A DNA stretch of 63,626 nt, filler included, from Pseudomonadota bacterium (GTDB lineage: Bacteria; Bdellovibrionota_F; JAHFAK01; JBDREC01): NCBI GenBank assembly GCA_043820105.1. It is 9 parts of 8 records of this genome, joined end to end, with 100 filler letters (N's around TTAATTAATTAA, not from the genome) between each part and the next. Parts side by side here need not be neighbours in the genome. Positions count along the whole stretch, not along the records: positions 1 to 30,187 come from JBDREC010000016.1; 8 more parts are not named here. One strand, written 5' to 3'. Position numbers and translations under genes: made by a program. Positions 1 through 10,535 of this stretch are shown here, one piece after another (within the stretch, counting starts at the first letter, position 1; each line of letters opens with the position of its first letter). Under the pieces are notes generated by a model that did not search any database, was not told where the DNA came from, and saw only the letters and a list, made by a program, of their open reading frames with translations.

Positions 1-141
1 ATATGGTACATACTTTGTCAATCCCTTAGCTGCCAATACACAGGTAATTGCCGCTGTTAGCGTAGTCTTGCCATGATCTACGTGTCCTATTGTTCCAACA
101 TTTACGTGGGTTTTACCCCTTTCAAATTTCTCTTTTGCCAT
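1..141 (-). CDS. tuf: Elongation factor Tu, N-terminus (runs off window)
   Basis: Reverse strand reads [41 protein letters not shown] upstream; follows Thr-Tyr-Gly-Thr tRNA cluster. Confidence 0.98.
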   Translation of the reverse strand, partial: MAKEKFERGKTHVNVGTIGHVDHGKTTLTAAITCVLAAKGLTKYVPY

Positions 142-176
142 TTTATCCTCCGGATAATTATGTTTTCATCGTACCA

Positions 177-248
177 AGCCTAGGGCGGGAATTGAACCCG
201 CGACCACCTCCTTACCAAGGAGGTGCTCTACCACTGAGCCACCCAGGC
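177..248 (-). tRNA. tRNA-Thr(GGT)
   Basis: GCCTGGGTGGCTCAGTGGTAGAGC, anticodon arm CCTCC-TTGGTAA-GGAGG, T-loop GTTCAATTCC; no encoded CCA. Confidence 0.95.
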
Positions 249-257
249 AAAAAATAA

Positions 258-331
258 AGCGGGAAACGGGATTCGAACCCGCGACCCTCAGCTTGGAAGG
301 CTGATGCTCTAGCCAACTGAGCTATTCCCGC
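258..331 (-). tRNA. tRNA-Gly(TCC)
   Basis: GCGGGAATAGCTCAG, anticodon arm TCAGC-CTTCCAA-GCTGA, GGTTCGAATCCC. Confidence 0.96.
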
Positions 332-374
332 AAATAAACTAGATCTAGTGCTAGAGCTAAATCTCGTTGTAAAA

Positions 375-456
375 TGGTGGGGGGAGGATTTGAACCTTCG
401 AAGGCTTAGCCGTCAGATTTACAGTCTGATCCCTTTGACCACTCGGGAACCCCACC
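375..456 (-). tRNA. tRNA-Tyr(GTA)
   Basis: GGTGGGGTTCCCGAGTGG, anticodon arm TCAGA-CTGTAAA-TCTGA, long variable arm, GGTTCAAATCC. Confidence 0.95.
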
Positions 457-540
457 AAAACAATTCAATATTCAAGATGCAAAATGCAAAATGCAAAATT
501 TAATTTTGAATCTTTAATTTTGAATTTTGAATTATTCCTA

Positions 541-613
541 AGCTGGTGATGGGACTCGAACCCGCGACCTGCTGATTACAAATCAGCTGCTCTACCAATT
601 GAGCTACACCAGC
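541..613 (-). tRNA. tRNA-Thr(TGT)
   Basis: GCTGGTGTAGCTCAATTGG, anticodon arm GCTGA-TTTGTAA-TCAGC, GGTTCGAGTCCC. Confidence 0.96.
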
Positions 614-806
614 ATATTTTTATTTCAAAATATTGCAAATTATTTTCAAAACAATGAGTTTCATTCAATAATTTTAAAGTGTTACAATATACAATAATAC
701 AAATATTATGTATTAGAAAGTGCCATAAACTAGATTTTCCAAAATATGTCAAGCTAAAATAGTATAATTTTTTTAGAAAAAATTTGTTTTTAGGGTCCTA
801 AGAAAG

Positions 807-2426
807 TTAAGTATTTTTTCTTTTTTTAAGGTAAAAAATGAGAAAAATTAGCAGGGCAAAAACATTTAAATAGGCAAATAAATCACCAAAAATAGCATAA
901 AAAGTCTTTTTATACTGCAAATCAGTCTCAACTTCTATTAATTTCATATCTTGCACAAAATCTAAGGTTCTCGTTTTTATTCTGCCAAATCTATCAATGG
1001 ATGCTGAAATTCCTGTATTTGCAACTCTTACAATTGGAACACCATATTCAGCTGCCCTAACAGTGGACATTGCCAAATGCTGATATAGAGCTGAGGTTTT
1101 ATCAAACCAGGCATCATTTGTTATATTAACCAGAAAATTTGCACCATTTAAAATGAATTTTCTGGCAATATCTGGAAATATTGCCTCATAACATATCATT
1201 ACGCCAAATTTGCTATCTTTTAATGGCATTACGGTAAACTTATTATCTGTATAAAAATTTCCTGACTGGGAAATTAGTTTTTTAAAAGGTATATACTTTT
1301 CGAGGGGAACATATTCTCCAAAAGGCACCAGATGAGTTTTATGATATTTGGAGATAAGATTGAGATGATTATTAAAATAATATGCAGAATTAAAGTATTT
1401 TTCCTTACCTTCTACTTTTTTACGATTTACAGTACCAATAAGAATATTAGCCTGAATTGGCTTATTAATTTTCAAATATGGGGGTAAATATTCTATTTGC
1501 TCAGGGTGAATCATTGGAGCTGATGCTTCTGGCCAAATAATTAGATCAGCACCTTGTGCGTTAGCCTTAAAAGTCATTTCCCTATAAATATCAACAATAT
1601 TATAAAGGTTACTTATAAGCCATTTTTCATCTTGAGGAATATTACCTTGTAAAATGGCAATCTTATTTTTTTGAGGACTTTTTATTTCATGTTTACTTAT
1701 TAATACTTTGCCATAAATCCAAACAAAGCTAAATAACAGACTAAATATTAAAATCTCTAGCATTGGCAGTTTTTTAATTAATAAAATTCCTATAACATTA
1801 TTTTTATGCTCTTTATAAGATTTAATACTTTTATACAAAACCACGTTTGACAAAATAATGAGAAAATCAATTCCATATACGCCTGTATAAGATGTAATTT
1901 GCATTAAATTGTGATTTAAGTATTGACTATAACCAAGCTCTGACCATGGAAAGGACATAAAGAAAAAATATCGCCTAAGCAACTCTAGTGAAACCCAGGA
2001 TACTGGTGCAACAATTGAAAGAGGAATTTTATACTTAAAACTAAAGAATCTAGTAGAAAGAAAAAATAGACCCGGATAAACAGCTAAGTAAAGACACAAT
2101 AAAATTAAAAGCAAAATTGAAGTCCCAAATGGAATATAGCCATAGCCATTCATTGCAACAACAATCCAGAATAAAGTGCCAATAAAATAGACAAGTCCAA
2201 ACGCATAAGCTGTAAGAAAGGTCTTTTTTAAAGATTTTTTCTCAATTATGAAAAACATTGGAGCAATACAAATCCAGGGTAAAAAAGAAGTAAAGCCATC
2301 TTGCAACCACTCTTTTGAAAACGTGGCTACAGGAAAGGAAAAAACAAGAAGTCCCCCACAAAGAATAGCTAACAGATAAAATTTATTTTTACCAAGATAT
2401 TCCCATTTTGTTTTTTTATTTAACAA
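807..2426 (-). CDS. lnt: Apolipoprotein N-acyltransferase
   Basis: Multi-TM N-terminus; nitrilase-fold motifs QGNI, WPE, YHKTHLVPFGEY, ICYE, TNDAWF, RVANTGIS. Confidence 0.95.
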   Translation of the reverse strand: MLNKKTKWEYLGKNKFYLLAILCGGLLVFSFPVATFSKEWLQDGFTSFLPWICIAPMFFIIEKKSLKKTFLTAYAFGLVYFIGTLFWIVVAMNGYGYIPFGTSILLLILLCLYLAVYPGLFFLSTRFFSFKYKIPLSIVAPVSWVSLELLRRYFFFMSFPWSELGYSQYLNHNLMQITSYTGVYGIDFLIILSNVVLYKSIKSYKEHKNNVIGILLIKKLPMLEILIFSLLFSFVWIYGKVLISKHEIKSPQKNKIAILQGNIPQDEKWLISNLYNIVDIYREMTFKANAQGADLIIWPEASAPMIHPEQIEYLPPYLKINKPIQANILIGTVNRKKVEGKEKYFNSAYYFNNHLNLISKYHKTHLVPFGEYVPLEKYIPFKKLISQSGNFYTDNKFTVMPLKDSKFGVMICYEAIFPDIARKFILNGANFLVNITNDAWFDKTSALYQHLAMSTVRAAEYGVPIVRVANTGISASIDRFGRIKTRTLDFVQDMKLIEVETDLQYKKTFYAIFGDLFAYLNVFALLIFLIFYLKKRKNT

Positions 2427-2874
2427 ACATACCTCTCAATTTATTTTCTTTTTTTTCCATCTCAATCCTTGAACTTTCATCTTGTTCATGATCATAACCT
2501 AAGAGGTGCAAAAGACCATGAATAAGAAGAATTGATATCTCATTAAAAAGGGAATGTCCTTTATTTTCTGCTTGTCTTTGGGCAGTGTCAATGGAAATGA
2601 TAATGTCTCCAATAAAATTTTTTATTGAAACAAAGTCTTCGTCGTCATCTATATAAAAGGATAAAACATCTGTGGGTTTATCTTTATTCCTATACTGATA
2701 GTTTAATTTTTGAATGGTTTCATCATCTGAAAATAAAATTGTGAAGTCTTTATCTAGTATTTTGAGCTCATTGGCTAATTTAGGCACAAAACTTTTAAGG
2801 TCTTTTTTGATTTTACTGTTTAGTTTATATTCGAAAATTAGATCGTGCATAATTAGCCTTTTAAAAATAATCAA
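2416..2874 (-). CDS. ybeY: rRNA maturation endoribonuclease YbeY
   Basis: LNYQYRNKDKPTDVLSF and HGLLHLLGYDH motifs; true start may be the ATG at 2850. Confidence 0.95.
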   Translation of the reverse strand: MIIFKRLIMHDLIFEYKLNSKIKKDLKSFVPKLANELKILDKDFTILFSDDETIQKLNYQYRNKDKPTDVLSFYIDDDEDFVSIKNFIGDIIISIDTAQRQAENKGHSLFNEISILLIHGLLHLLGYDHEQDESSRIEMEKKENKLRGMFVK

Positions 2875-2928
2875 TAATCAACAATTAATAATCAATAATT
2901 AATGATTTTGGGTTGGATGTTTTTATTG

Positions 2929-5253
2929 TTATTTACCTTTCTTTTGACCAGGATACTCTACTCTTTGGTGGTAAATGCTTGATGTTAGTACTTGAATAAA
3001 ATTCTTTTGGATGATCTTTAAATCATTGAAAGTTAGATCACAGCTGTCTAGTTGACCATCCGTAAAAAACTTATTTACAATCATAGTTACCATACCTTTT
3101 AATTTTGCAGCACTTGGATCTGGCAAACTTTTAGTTGCTGCTTCAGTTGCATCTGCAAGCATAATAATTGCCGCTTCTTTTGATCTTGGTTTTGGACCAG
3201 GATATCTGTAATCAAGCTCATCAACTGAATCCATTTCGGGATTTTCATTCTTTTTTGCTTTATTATAGAAAAATGAAATCAAACTTGAACCATGGTGTTC
3301 TGGAATAATTTCAATGATTGATTCAGGCAATCGATGTTTTTTAGCAAGCTCTATACCATCCTTAACATGAGCCTGTAAAATTAAACTACTCATTCTAGGT
3401 GCAAGCTTGTCATGCTTATTTTCCAATCCCTTTACCACGTTCTCAATAAAGTAAAGAGGCTTTTCAATTTTACCAATATCATGATATAAAGAGGCAACCT
3501 TTGCAAATAAAGAGTTTGCTCCGATTGCTTCAGCTGCTGATTCGGCGATTCTCGAAACAACAAAAGAATGGTGATTTGTACCAGGGGCTTGAATTGCAAG
3601 CTTAGTCAGCAAAGGGTGCTCAGTATTTGCAAGTTCTAAAAGTTTTATATCTGTAACATAACCAAAAGACTCAAATATTGGCATTATACCCAAAACAATT
3701 ATGCCTGATAAAATACCTCCTAATGAAGTTAAGACCAGAGTATAAAAGAATCCATAAGCATTATCAATTATTCCAAAACCCAGGCTTACAAAAAGCAGAA
3801 ATGATACTGTTACAATATTAGCGCAGCCAATAAATAGACCTGCTTTAATCAAAGAAACTCTTTGCTTAACTTTAGAAACAGAGCCAATTGTATAAATATT
3901 TCCCAAGAATAAAAACACAGAATACAACAAAGCGCTTTCGCTTATAGGAGAGTTTAATTCTACTGAAATACCAAGAAAAACAGAAATTGCTATAGTGAAA
4001 AATATTGCAACTTCAGGATTAAATATAAGCCTTAACAACATTACAGCAGCAAAAACAGGTACAACAAACTTATAAGCACTTGGTGGAATATGTGGTACAG
4101 ACTCTAAAATATTATTTGAAATAAAATTAATTAAGTTCATCATTAAAATTGTTCCCACAAACAAGGTTGAAATTAAAATCATATCCTTAAAACTAGGATT
4201 ATATCTTGAGGTTAACCTGCGAGCAAAGTAATGCATCAAAAAAAAGAAAAAGGATAAAAGTAAAAAAAGCGAAATGAATTTTTCAAAGCGAGTTTCTTTT
4301 GGACTTAAAGCAATAATGCCATCAAGGATTGTTAAATCAACATCACTTATTCGATCGCCCTTCCTAACAATGATTTCTCCCTTTTTAATGCTTACGGTTA
4401 CTTCATTAACATTAGAAGCAATCGTTTCTATTTCCTTTTTTGTTAACTCTTCGTTTAAGATTAGATTTGGTGTGATATATTGCTGAGCAAGAGCTATGAT
4501 AACTTCTTTTTTATTATCACTAATATTTTTAATATTATCTAAAGTATCAGCCCAAATAGAAATTTGTTCACGCGATATTTCTATATCAATAATCCTGGAT
4601 AAGTCACCTGCTTCAAGGCTTTGATCATCTATAAACTTACCGTTATCAATTGACCTAACCTTTATTCCTTTTTTATTTTCATAATATAGATTTTCTTTTT
4701 TGGAAATAATCATCTCTGCCATGCTTTTCTCAATTAGCATGAGAATGGGAGTTTCAATAGTATTTGAAAATTTATTTTCGATTAAGTTATTATAGATATC
4801 TTCATTAACATCTAAATAAATCGTGCTTCTTATTGATTCTAAATTAGCAGAAGGATCTTTACTTTCACCAAACTCAATTAGGCTTCTTCCTTTGCTAAAC
4901 ATTTTCTTTATGTCTTCAACTACAGCTTTTTTCTTTGAAACAAAGTAATCATAAATCGGTCTAATATTTTCACTTGCTTCCTTTTTTTTGAGATCTGTAG
5001 TATTGTGGTCTGTAATTAAATAATCCTTATTAGCTTTAATATTTTTTTCAGCAATCTCGCCAATAGCATATTTTCTAACGGGCATCTCCTGCCTTGGAAT
5101 AATAAGAAAAGCTAAGATTGAAGACATTAGAAACAATAAAATTATTTTATTCTGTTTTAATTTATTTTCTTTTGAAATAGAGATAAATTTTTTATATTTT
5201 TTCTCTTTTGGAATTTTTTCAGCTATTGTTTTTTTTTCATTATTAATACTCAT
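2929..5253 (-). CDS. 7TM-HD (HDIG) phosphohydrolase, PgpH-like
   Basis: Large extracellular domain, about 7 TM segments, APGTNHHS, YHDIGK, EHHG, YPGPKP, MLADATEAA; conserved phoH-HD-ybeY-lnt order. Confidence 0.9.
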   Translation of the reverse strand: MSINNEKKTIAEKIPKEKKYKKFISISKENKLKQNKIILLFLMSSILAFLIIPRQEMPVRKYAIGEIAEKNIKANKDYLITDHNTTDLKKKEASENIRPIYDYFVSKKKAVVEDIKKMFSKGRSLIEFGESKDPSANLESIRSTIYLDVNEDIYNNLIENKFSNTIETPILMLIEKSMAEMIISKKENLYYENKKGIKVRSIDNGKFIDDQSLEAGDLSRIIDIEISREQISIWADTLDNIKNISDNKKEVIIALAQQYITPNLILNEELTKKEIETIASNVNEVTVSIKKGEIIVRKGDRISDVDLTILDGIIALSPKETRFEKFISLFLLLSFFFFLMHYFARRLTSRYNPSFKDMILISTLFVGTILMMNLINFISNNILESVPHIPPSAYKFVVPVFAAVMLLRLIFNPEVAIFFTIAISVFLGISVELNSPISESALLYSVFLFLGNIYTIGSVSKVKQRVSLIKAGLFIGCANIVTVSFLLFVSLGFGIIDNAYGFFYTLVLTSLGGILSGIIVLGIMPIFESFGYVTDIKLLELANTEHPLLTKLAIQAPGTNHHSFVVSRIAESAAEAIGANSLFAKVASLYHDIGKIEKPLYFIENVVKGLENKHDKLAPRMSSLILQAHVKDGIELAKKHRLPESIIEIIPEHHGSSLISFFYNKAKKNENPEMDSVDELDYRYPGPKPRSKEAAIIMLADATEAATKSLPDPSAAKLKGMVTMIVNKFFTDGQLDSCDLTFNDLKIIQKNFIQVLTSSIYHQRVEYPGQKKGK

Positions 5254-5267
5254 TTGTTCTCGCGTCT

Positions 5268-6215
5268 TTATATTAAACTATTATTAAATGCCTTTATTAT
5301 TTCTTTTACCAGACGATGCCTGATAACATCTATGTCTGAAAAACTGCAAAATTTTATGATATCAATATTCCTTAACAAGTCATTTACATGGGCGAGACCT
5401 GATTTTTTGCCACCTGAAAGATCTATTTGAGTAACATCTCCAGTTACAACAATTTTGCAGGCAAAACCAAACCTGGTTAAAAACATTTTCATCTGTTGCA
5501 CTGTTGTGTTTTGTGCTTCATCTAAAATAATAAAAGAATTGTTTAAAGTTCTTCCTCGCATATAGGCAAGAGGGATAACTTCAATAATTCCTTTTTCAAT
5601 CATATTCATTGATTTTTCCATACCCACCATATCTTGCAGGGCATCGTACAGGGGTCTGAGATAAGGATTTATTTTTTCATGCAAGGTTCCAGGAAGATAT
5701 CCAAGGCTTTCTCCTGCTTCAACTGCTGGTCTTGTTAAAATTATACGTTCAACCAATTTCTTATTTAATGCAGCTACTGCCATTGCTACTGCTAAAAAGG
5801 TTTTTCCAGTACCCGCTGGTCCTATTCCAAAAACTAAGTCATACTTTTTTATGCTATCAACATATTCTTTTTGAGCAAGGGACTTAGGTGTTACAGGACG
5901 ATGATTAAAATCAGATAATATCTTACTCATAAAAATGTTCTTTAAATTAATTTCAGGATCAGCTTTCATTGCAAGCAGAGATTTTTCAATATCAACAGAA
6001 GATATTTTATAACCTGATTTAATACATTCAGTTAAGGCCTCCAAGGCCTGCTCAAACAACAAACAATTTTCTTCTAAACCTGATAAAACAATTTTCCCAT
6101 TTCGAAATGTTACCACTAAATCAAGCTCAGCTTCAAAATATTTTAAATTTGCATCATTTTCGCCAAAGAGTTCTTTTAAAATTTTAGGTGCTGGAGAATC
6201 TATTTCTTTATTCAT
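5268..6215 (-). CDS. phoH: PhoH-family ATPase
   Basis: GPAGTGKT, RPAVEAGESLGYLPG, LAYMRGRTL, DEAQN. Confidence 0.95.
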   Translation of the reverse strand: MNKEIDSPAPKILKELFGENDANLKYFEAELDLVVTFRNGKIVLSGLEENCLLFEQALEALTECIKSGYKISSVDIEKSLLAMKADPEINLKNIFMSKILSDFNHRPVTPKSLAQKEYVDSIKKYDLVFGIGPAGTGKTFLAVAMAVAALNKKLVERIILTRPAVEAGESLGYLPGTLHEKINPYLRPLYDALQDMVGMEKSMNMIEKGIIEVIPLAYMRGRTLNNSFIILDEAQNTTVQQMKMFLTRFGFACKIVVTGDVTQIDLSGGKKSGLAHVNDLLRNIDIIKFCSFSDIDVIRHRLVKEIIKAFNNSLI

Positions 6216-6356
6216 TAAAATTCTTTCTATTTATTTAAATAATATTTTATGAAATGAAATATGATTAATCAAGCGGGGAGTTGGAAAAAGTTGTAAGTTG
6301 TAAGTGGTAAGTGTTATTAGGGCGTTTTTTTGTTCTCACGAGAGCAAATGCTTTTA

Positions 6357-7469
6357 TCAAATAAATTCATTTAAAAAAATATTAGCTGGGCATACCCTTA
6401 TATCTTGCTTTGATACATAATCTTTCTTGCCAATTGCTGAAACCTGAAATGCTTTTACATCTTTAAACCTCTCCTTTAGGTATTTTAATCCCTTTGATAT
6501 TTCATTATCATTCCATTTTGTTTCTATGAACATAATAGGTTTGAAGTCATGTAAAATTACAAAATCAACTTCCCGGCCATCGATATCTCTGAAATATCTC
6601 AGCTCATATTCTTCACCCAAAGAATCTTGCATAAAACAAACCCATTTTAAAAGTGTCACTGCAACTAAATTTTCAAATCTAAGTCCATTTTCTTTTATCA
6701 AAGTCCAATCAAAATGATAATGTTTTTGTTCCTTTTTAACGGCTCTAATCTTAGGGGCACCAAATGGCGATATTCTAAAAATGGAATATAATCTTTCTAA
6801 AATATTAATCCAATTTGCCAAAGTTTTATTAGAAACTGGGATATCTGTTGTTATAGAATTTATTGACAATGGTGAACCAACAAGTTCCGGTAAACGAATG
6901 GATAATAATTCTAAATTTGACAGATCCTTAATGTTTTCCAATTTATTCAATTCTTCATTAATTAACCTTGTTCTATATTCCCTTGACCATCTTTTTGAGT
7001 CTATTTTGGAACTTGCAAAAAATGGTTCGGGAAATCCACCAAGTTCTATTAAAGACAAAAGATCAGCAGTGTTTTGCATTTTTAGTTCTTTAAAACTTAG
7101 TGGAAACATTCTTAGATAATGATATCGTCCCTGCAAGGAATCGCCTGAATACCTGTAATAATCAAGCTTGGCTGACCCGGCAATTAAATATTTTTTATTT
7201 TCATAGCCTTTATCAAAAAGACCTTTTAAAAAATTTCTCCAATTTTTAAATTTATGTATTTCATCTAAGATTAAAAAATTTAAATCTGGAAGTTCCTGTT
7301 TTAATATTTTTTCTCTGTCTTTGGGAACATCCCAATTTAAGTATCCTTTTTTATTTTCAATCAAACCCAAAGCAAAGGTTGTCTTTCCAACCTGACGAGG
7401 ACCACCAATAAAAACCATTTTTTTTTCCAAATCATTTTGAGTTTGCTCTTTTAAATATCTTTCAAACAT
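6357..7469 (-). CDS. AAA_14 ATPase with C-terminal DUF4143 domain
   Basis: GPRQVGKT, LDEIH, SLQGR, GGFPE, FENLV, REVDFV...IETKW. Confidence 0.85.
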   Translation of the reverse strand: MFERYLKEQTQNDLEKKMVFIGGPRQVGKTTFALGLIENKKGYLNWDVPKDREKILKQELPDLNFLILDEIHKFKNWRNFLKGLFDKGYENKKYLIAGSAKLDYYRYSGDSLQGRYHYLRMFPLSFKELKMQNTADLLSLIELGGFPEPFFASSKIDSKRWSREYRTRLINEELNKLENIKDLSNLELLSIRLPELVGSPLSINSITTDIPVSNKTLANWINILERLYSIFRISPFGAPKIRAVKKEQKHYHFDWTLIKENGLRFENLVAVTLLKWVCFMQDSLGEEYELRYFRDIDGREVDFVILHDFKPIMFIETKWNDNEISKGLKYLKERFKDVKAFQVSAIGKKDYVSKQDIRVCPANIFLNEFI

Positions 7470-7733
7470 TTAGACCCCTTTAATTTCGACCCCACTCCAA
7501 ATTAATCGCGAGCATTTGGCATTGCAGTACAAATAACTCGCAAACATTTCAAGGTCAAGAATTTTTCTGGTAAATTATTAAGCATGGTATGCAATTTTTA
7601 ATGGAAAACATCCTCCTGGGTGTCTGGACTAGCATAAAAAGTATTTTCATACGTTTTTCTTGACAAAAAATTGTTAATTATATATTATTATTTAGTTAGA
7701 ACTAAATTAAATTACATAACTAATGGGATTTAA

Positions 7734-8507
7734 ATGTACACTTCTTTACAATTAGTTGAAATATTTCACCTTGAGTTTTTGAGATGGTTTGCAAGAAAGC
7801 TAAAGCCTGAAAAATATGCCCTAAAGGGTGGAGTCAACCTACGCTTTTTCTTTAAAAGTTTTAGATATTCTGAAGATATGGATTTAGATGTTTCAGGAAT
7901 TGAGGTGGGCGATCTAAAAGAGCTTGTAATTAATATTTTTAATAATAGTTCTTTTAAAAATACTTTAATTTCTTTTGGAATTAAAGAAGTGCTTCCTCCT
8001 GATCTTGCTAAAGCAAAACAAACTGAAACAACTCAAAGGTTTAAGACTCATTTACTGACATCTGCAGGAGAAGATTTATTTACCAAGATTGAATTTTCCA
8101 GAAGAGGAATGAAGGGAAATATTATCACAGAACCTATTTCAGATTTAATTTTGCGCGGATATAAACTACCCCCATTGTTGGTTTCTCATTATGATAATCA
8201 GTCCGCTGTTTTGCAAAAGATAGATGCCCTGGCAACAAGATCTGTGACTCAGGCAAGGGATATTTTCGATTTGTTTTTATTAAGTTCTCAGTTTGATCAA
8301 AAGAGCTTTGATAAAGCTAAAATAAACCACACTAAGATTGAACAAGCATATAATAAAATTTTTGAACTCAGCTTTAATGTATTTAAAAACACCGTGCTTT
8401 CATATTTATCCTGGGAAGATCAAAACACTTATAACCTGCCCGCAGTGTGGGATGAAATAAAATTGAAAGTTGCTGCTTTTATTGAGGAATTACAAAAACA
8501 TGAGTAG
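7734..8507 (+). CDS. AbiEii/AbiGii-family nucleotidyltransferase toxin
   Basis: LKGGVNLRFF..RYSEDMDLD and K...R..ARDIFDL motifs. Confidence 0.85.
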   Translation: MYTSLQLVEIFHLEFLRWFARKLKPEKYALKGGVNLRFFFKSFRYSEDMDLDVSGIEVGDLKELVINIFNNSSFKNTLISFGIKEVLPPDLAKAKQTETTQRFKTHLLTSAGEDLFTKIEFSRRGMKGNIITEPISDLILRGYKLPPLLVSHYDNQSAVLQKIDALATRSVTQARDIFDLFLLSSQFDQKSFDKAKINHTKIEQAYNKIFELSFNVFKNTVLSYLSWEDQNTYNLPAVWDEIKLKVAAFIEELQKHE

Positions 8508-9132
8508 GCAGTCACTTTCAGTTTATATAAAACAATTAAAAAGGCCAGTTTTTACAACCTTTGAATTAGCTTCATTGTCAGGAAAATCCTTGTCAACTAC
8601 AAGCCAATCATTAAGCTATTTACAAAAAGAAGGTTTAATAAAAAAAGTATATCGTGGAATTTGGATAGATGCAGACAGTGAAAAAGTAAACCCTTATATG
8701 ATAATTCCTTTTTTGTTTCCCAGGCAAAGAGTTTATGTTTCCTTTTTAAGTGCCTTGCATATGCATGGAATAATTGAACAGATTCCGCAAATGATAACAG
8801 TGGCTGCGACTTGCCAGCCCAAAATATTAAAAACTGCTATAGGCGTGTTTTCAATACACCAAATTGCAGCTTCATTTTTCAATGGATTTGATTGGTATAA
8901 AGAAACGGGAAATTTTTTGCTTGCAGAGCCAGAAAAAGCCCTGATTGATTGTTTATATCTTTCCACGCGCAAGAAAAAACAATTTGCTCATTTTCCGGAA
9001 CTATATTTTCCTAAAGCCTTTAGTGCTAAAAAGGTTGAAAAATGGATAAATACGATAAGTGAAAAAAGAATAAGGGCTAGTGTTTTTGGGAAATGGGAGA
9101 CTTTGGGTTTTGGGAGAAAGTTTATAGGTTGA
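8500..9132 (+). CDS. AbiEi-like antitoxin / wHTH regulator
   Basis: ATG at 8500 overlaps the toxin stop; N-terminal wHTH (IKKVYRGIW), YVSFLSALHMHGIIEQIP, AEPEKALIDCLY. Confidence 0.85.
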   Translation: MSRQSLSVYIKQLKRPVFTTFELASLSGKSLSTTSQSLSYLQKEGLIKKVYRGIWIDADSEKVNPYMIIPFLFPRQRVYVSFLSALHMHGIIEQIPQMITVAATCQPKILKTAIGVFSIHQIAASFFNGFDWYKETGNFLLAEPEKALIDCLYLSTRKKKQFAHFPELYFPKAFSAKKVEKWINTISEKRIRASVFGKWETLGFGRKFIG

Positions 9133-9582
9133 AGGCTTTTAGTTTTGGTAAATGTAAATTTTTGAATTTGTGATTTGTTTGTGATTTGGAGATTGTATTT
9201 TTTTATTTTTGGCTTATCTGGCTTGGGATTAAGATTGGAAAATAAGATGAAACCACTTATCATATAATATGCGGCTTCATCTTAACAATTTTGCAACAAT
9301 CTCATTTTCATGGTTTTTTAGAGCAAGTTCTATGCCATAAGATAAGCACTTGATATAATAGGATTCGCCTGAGAGGGGATTGTGCTTAATTTCAGCAAAT
9401 CTAGATTCAATATAAGCTTAAACTAAATTTTGTGTTGATTTCAGGCATGGGAAGATTGGTATTTGGTATTCAGTGGGTTTTTTATCTTACTGGTGCTCTT
9501 GTGCTCTTGTTCCCCTGCGCTCTTGTTCCCCTGCGCTCTTGTGACCAATTAATTATGTTAAATAGTTGACAATAGACATCGG

Positions 9583-9625
9583 AGAATTAAGAATTAAGAA
9601 TTAAGAATTAAGAGTTAAGAATTAA
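9583..9625 (+). repeat. Heptamer tandem repeat (AGAATTA) about 6 copies
   Basis: Read directly; one variant unit. Confidence 0.9.
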
Positions 9626-9647
9626 GAAGAAAGAAATTAGAATTTAG

Positions 9648-9890
9648 ATGAAAGAATACAAAGAACATATTATAAGGTATAAGGTAAATCCAAAAGATAT
9701 AGCTTATATTAAATTTACCCTAGAAGCCTATGACCTTTTTGGGGCTTTAACTACAATTGACCGAAAAATGGCAATAATTCAGATTAGAGTTAGTGAAAGC
9801 TACCGCGAATTATGTTTAAAGGTTATGGAAGAAATAGGGAAAGAAAAGGAAGGGATTGAACAACTTGCCCGACTGGATACTGAATACTGA
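9648..9890 (+). CDS. DUF4911-like small protein
   Basis: DIAYIKFTLEAYDLFGALTTID pattern. Confidence 0.7.
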   Translation: MKEYKEHIIRYKVNPKDIAYIKFTLEAYDLFGALTTIDRKMAIIQIRVSESYRELCLKVMEEIGKEKEGIEQLARLDTEY

Positions 9891-9905
9891 ATACCGAATA
9901 CCAAT

Positions 9906-9960
9906 CTTACCACTTACCACTTACCACTTACCACTTACCACTTACCACTTACCACTTACC
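9906..9960 (+). repeat. Heptamer tandem repeat (CTTACCA) 7 copies plus a partial
   Basis: Read directly, between convergent stop codons. Confidence 0.95.
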
Positions 9961-10495
9961 GCTGCTTAAGCACTTCAAAATTCACAAAATCCGCATGATT
10001 TATAATTATTGCTTCTTTTGACCTATTCATATTATCACCTTCATGTGAGTGATAAGCAATACAATGAGCTACTTCATCAGGCAGGCCTGCCAGGTATGCA
10101 ATGCCAACTCCACTTATTGGATGTCTTAGATTTTGACCATTTTTGCTTTTGATTATTTCAGTGCCTTCCTTTTTATATTCTAAAAGCTTTCCTACATCAT
10201 GCAAAAGAGCTCCTGAATAAAGAAAATTATAATTGATTAAAGGCTTTTCTTCATAAACAGTTTCCATAGTTTCTGCAATTTTTTTTGCTGTTTCAAAAAC
10301 TGCTTTTACATGATCAACATAAGAAATCTTGCAGTCTGGAATTAATAAAGTAAATGGAATATCAAAAAGTTGAGCGAGCCTCCAGGCCCCCATTTCAATT
10401 GCAATCTTTTGCGCATTTATTGATCTTTTCTGAATATTTTCATCTGCAATCAGCTTAAATTCAGGAAAAATTTCCAATATTTCATTCTCAATCAT
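9956..10495 (-). CDS. HD-domain phosphohydrolase
   Basis: H...LLHDVGK...RHP...H..H...HAD motifs. Confidence 0.85.
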   Translation of the reverse strand: MIENEILEIFPEFKLIADENIQKRSINAQKIAIEMGAWRLAQLFDIPFTLLIPDCKISYVDHVKAVFETAKKIAETMETVYEEKPLINYNFLYSGALLHDVGKLLEYKKEGTEIIKSKNGQNLRHPISGVGIAYLAGLPDEVAHCIAYHSHEGDNMNRSKEAIIINHADFVNFEVLKQR

Positions 10496-10535
10496 TATAA
10501 TCTCCTTCCTCTCTTATCACCTTGTTCCCTTGTTC

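Noticed and set aside
177-613. tRNA genes lacking encoded CCA
   Set aside because: Common in many bacteria; CCA is added enzymatically
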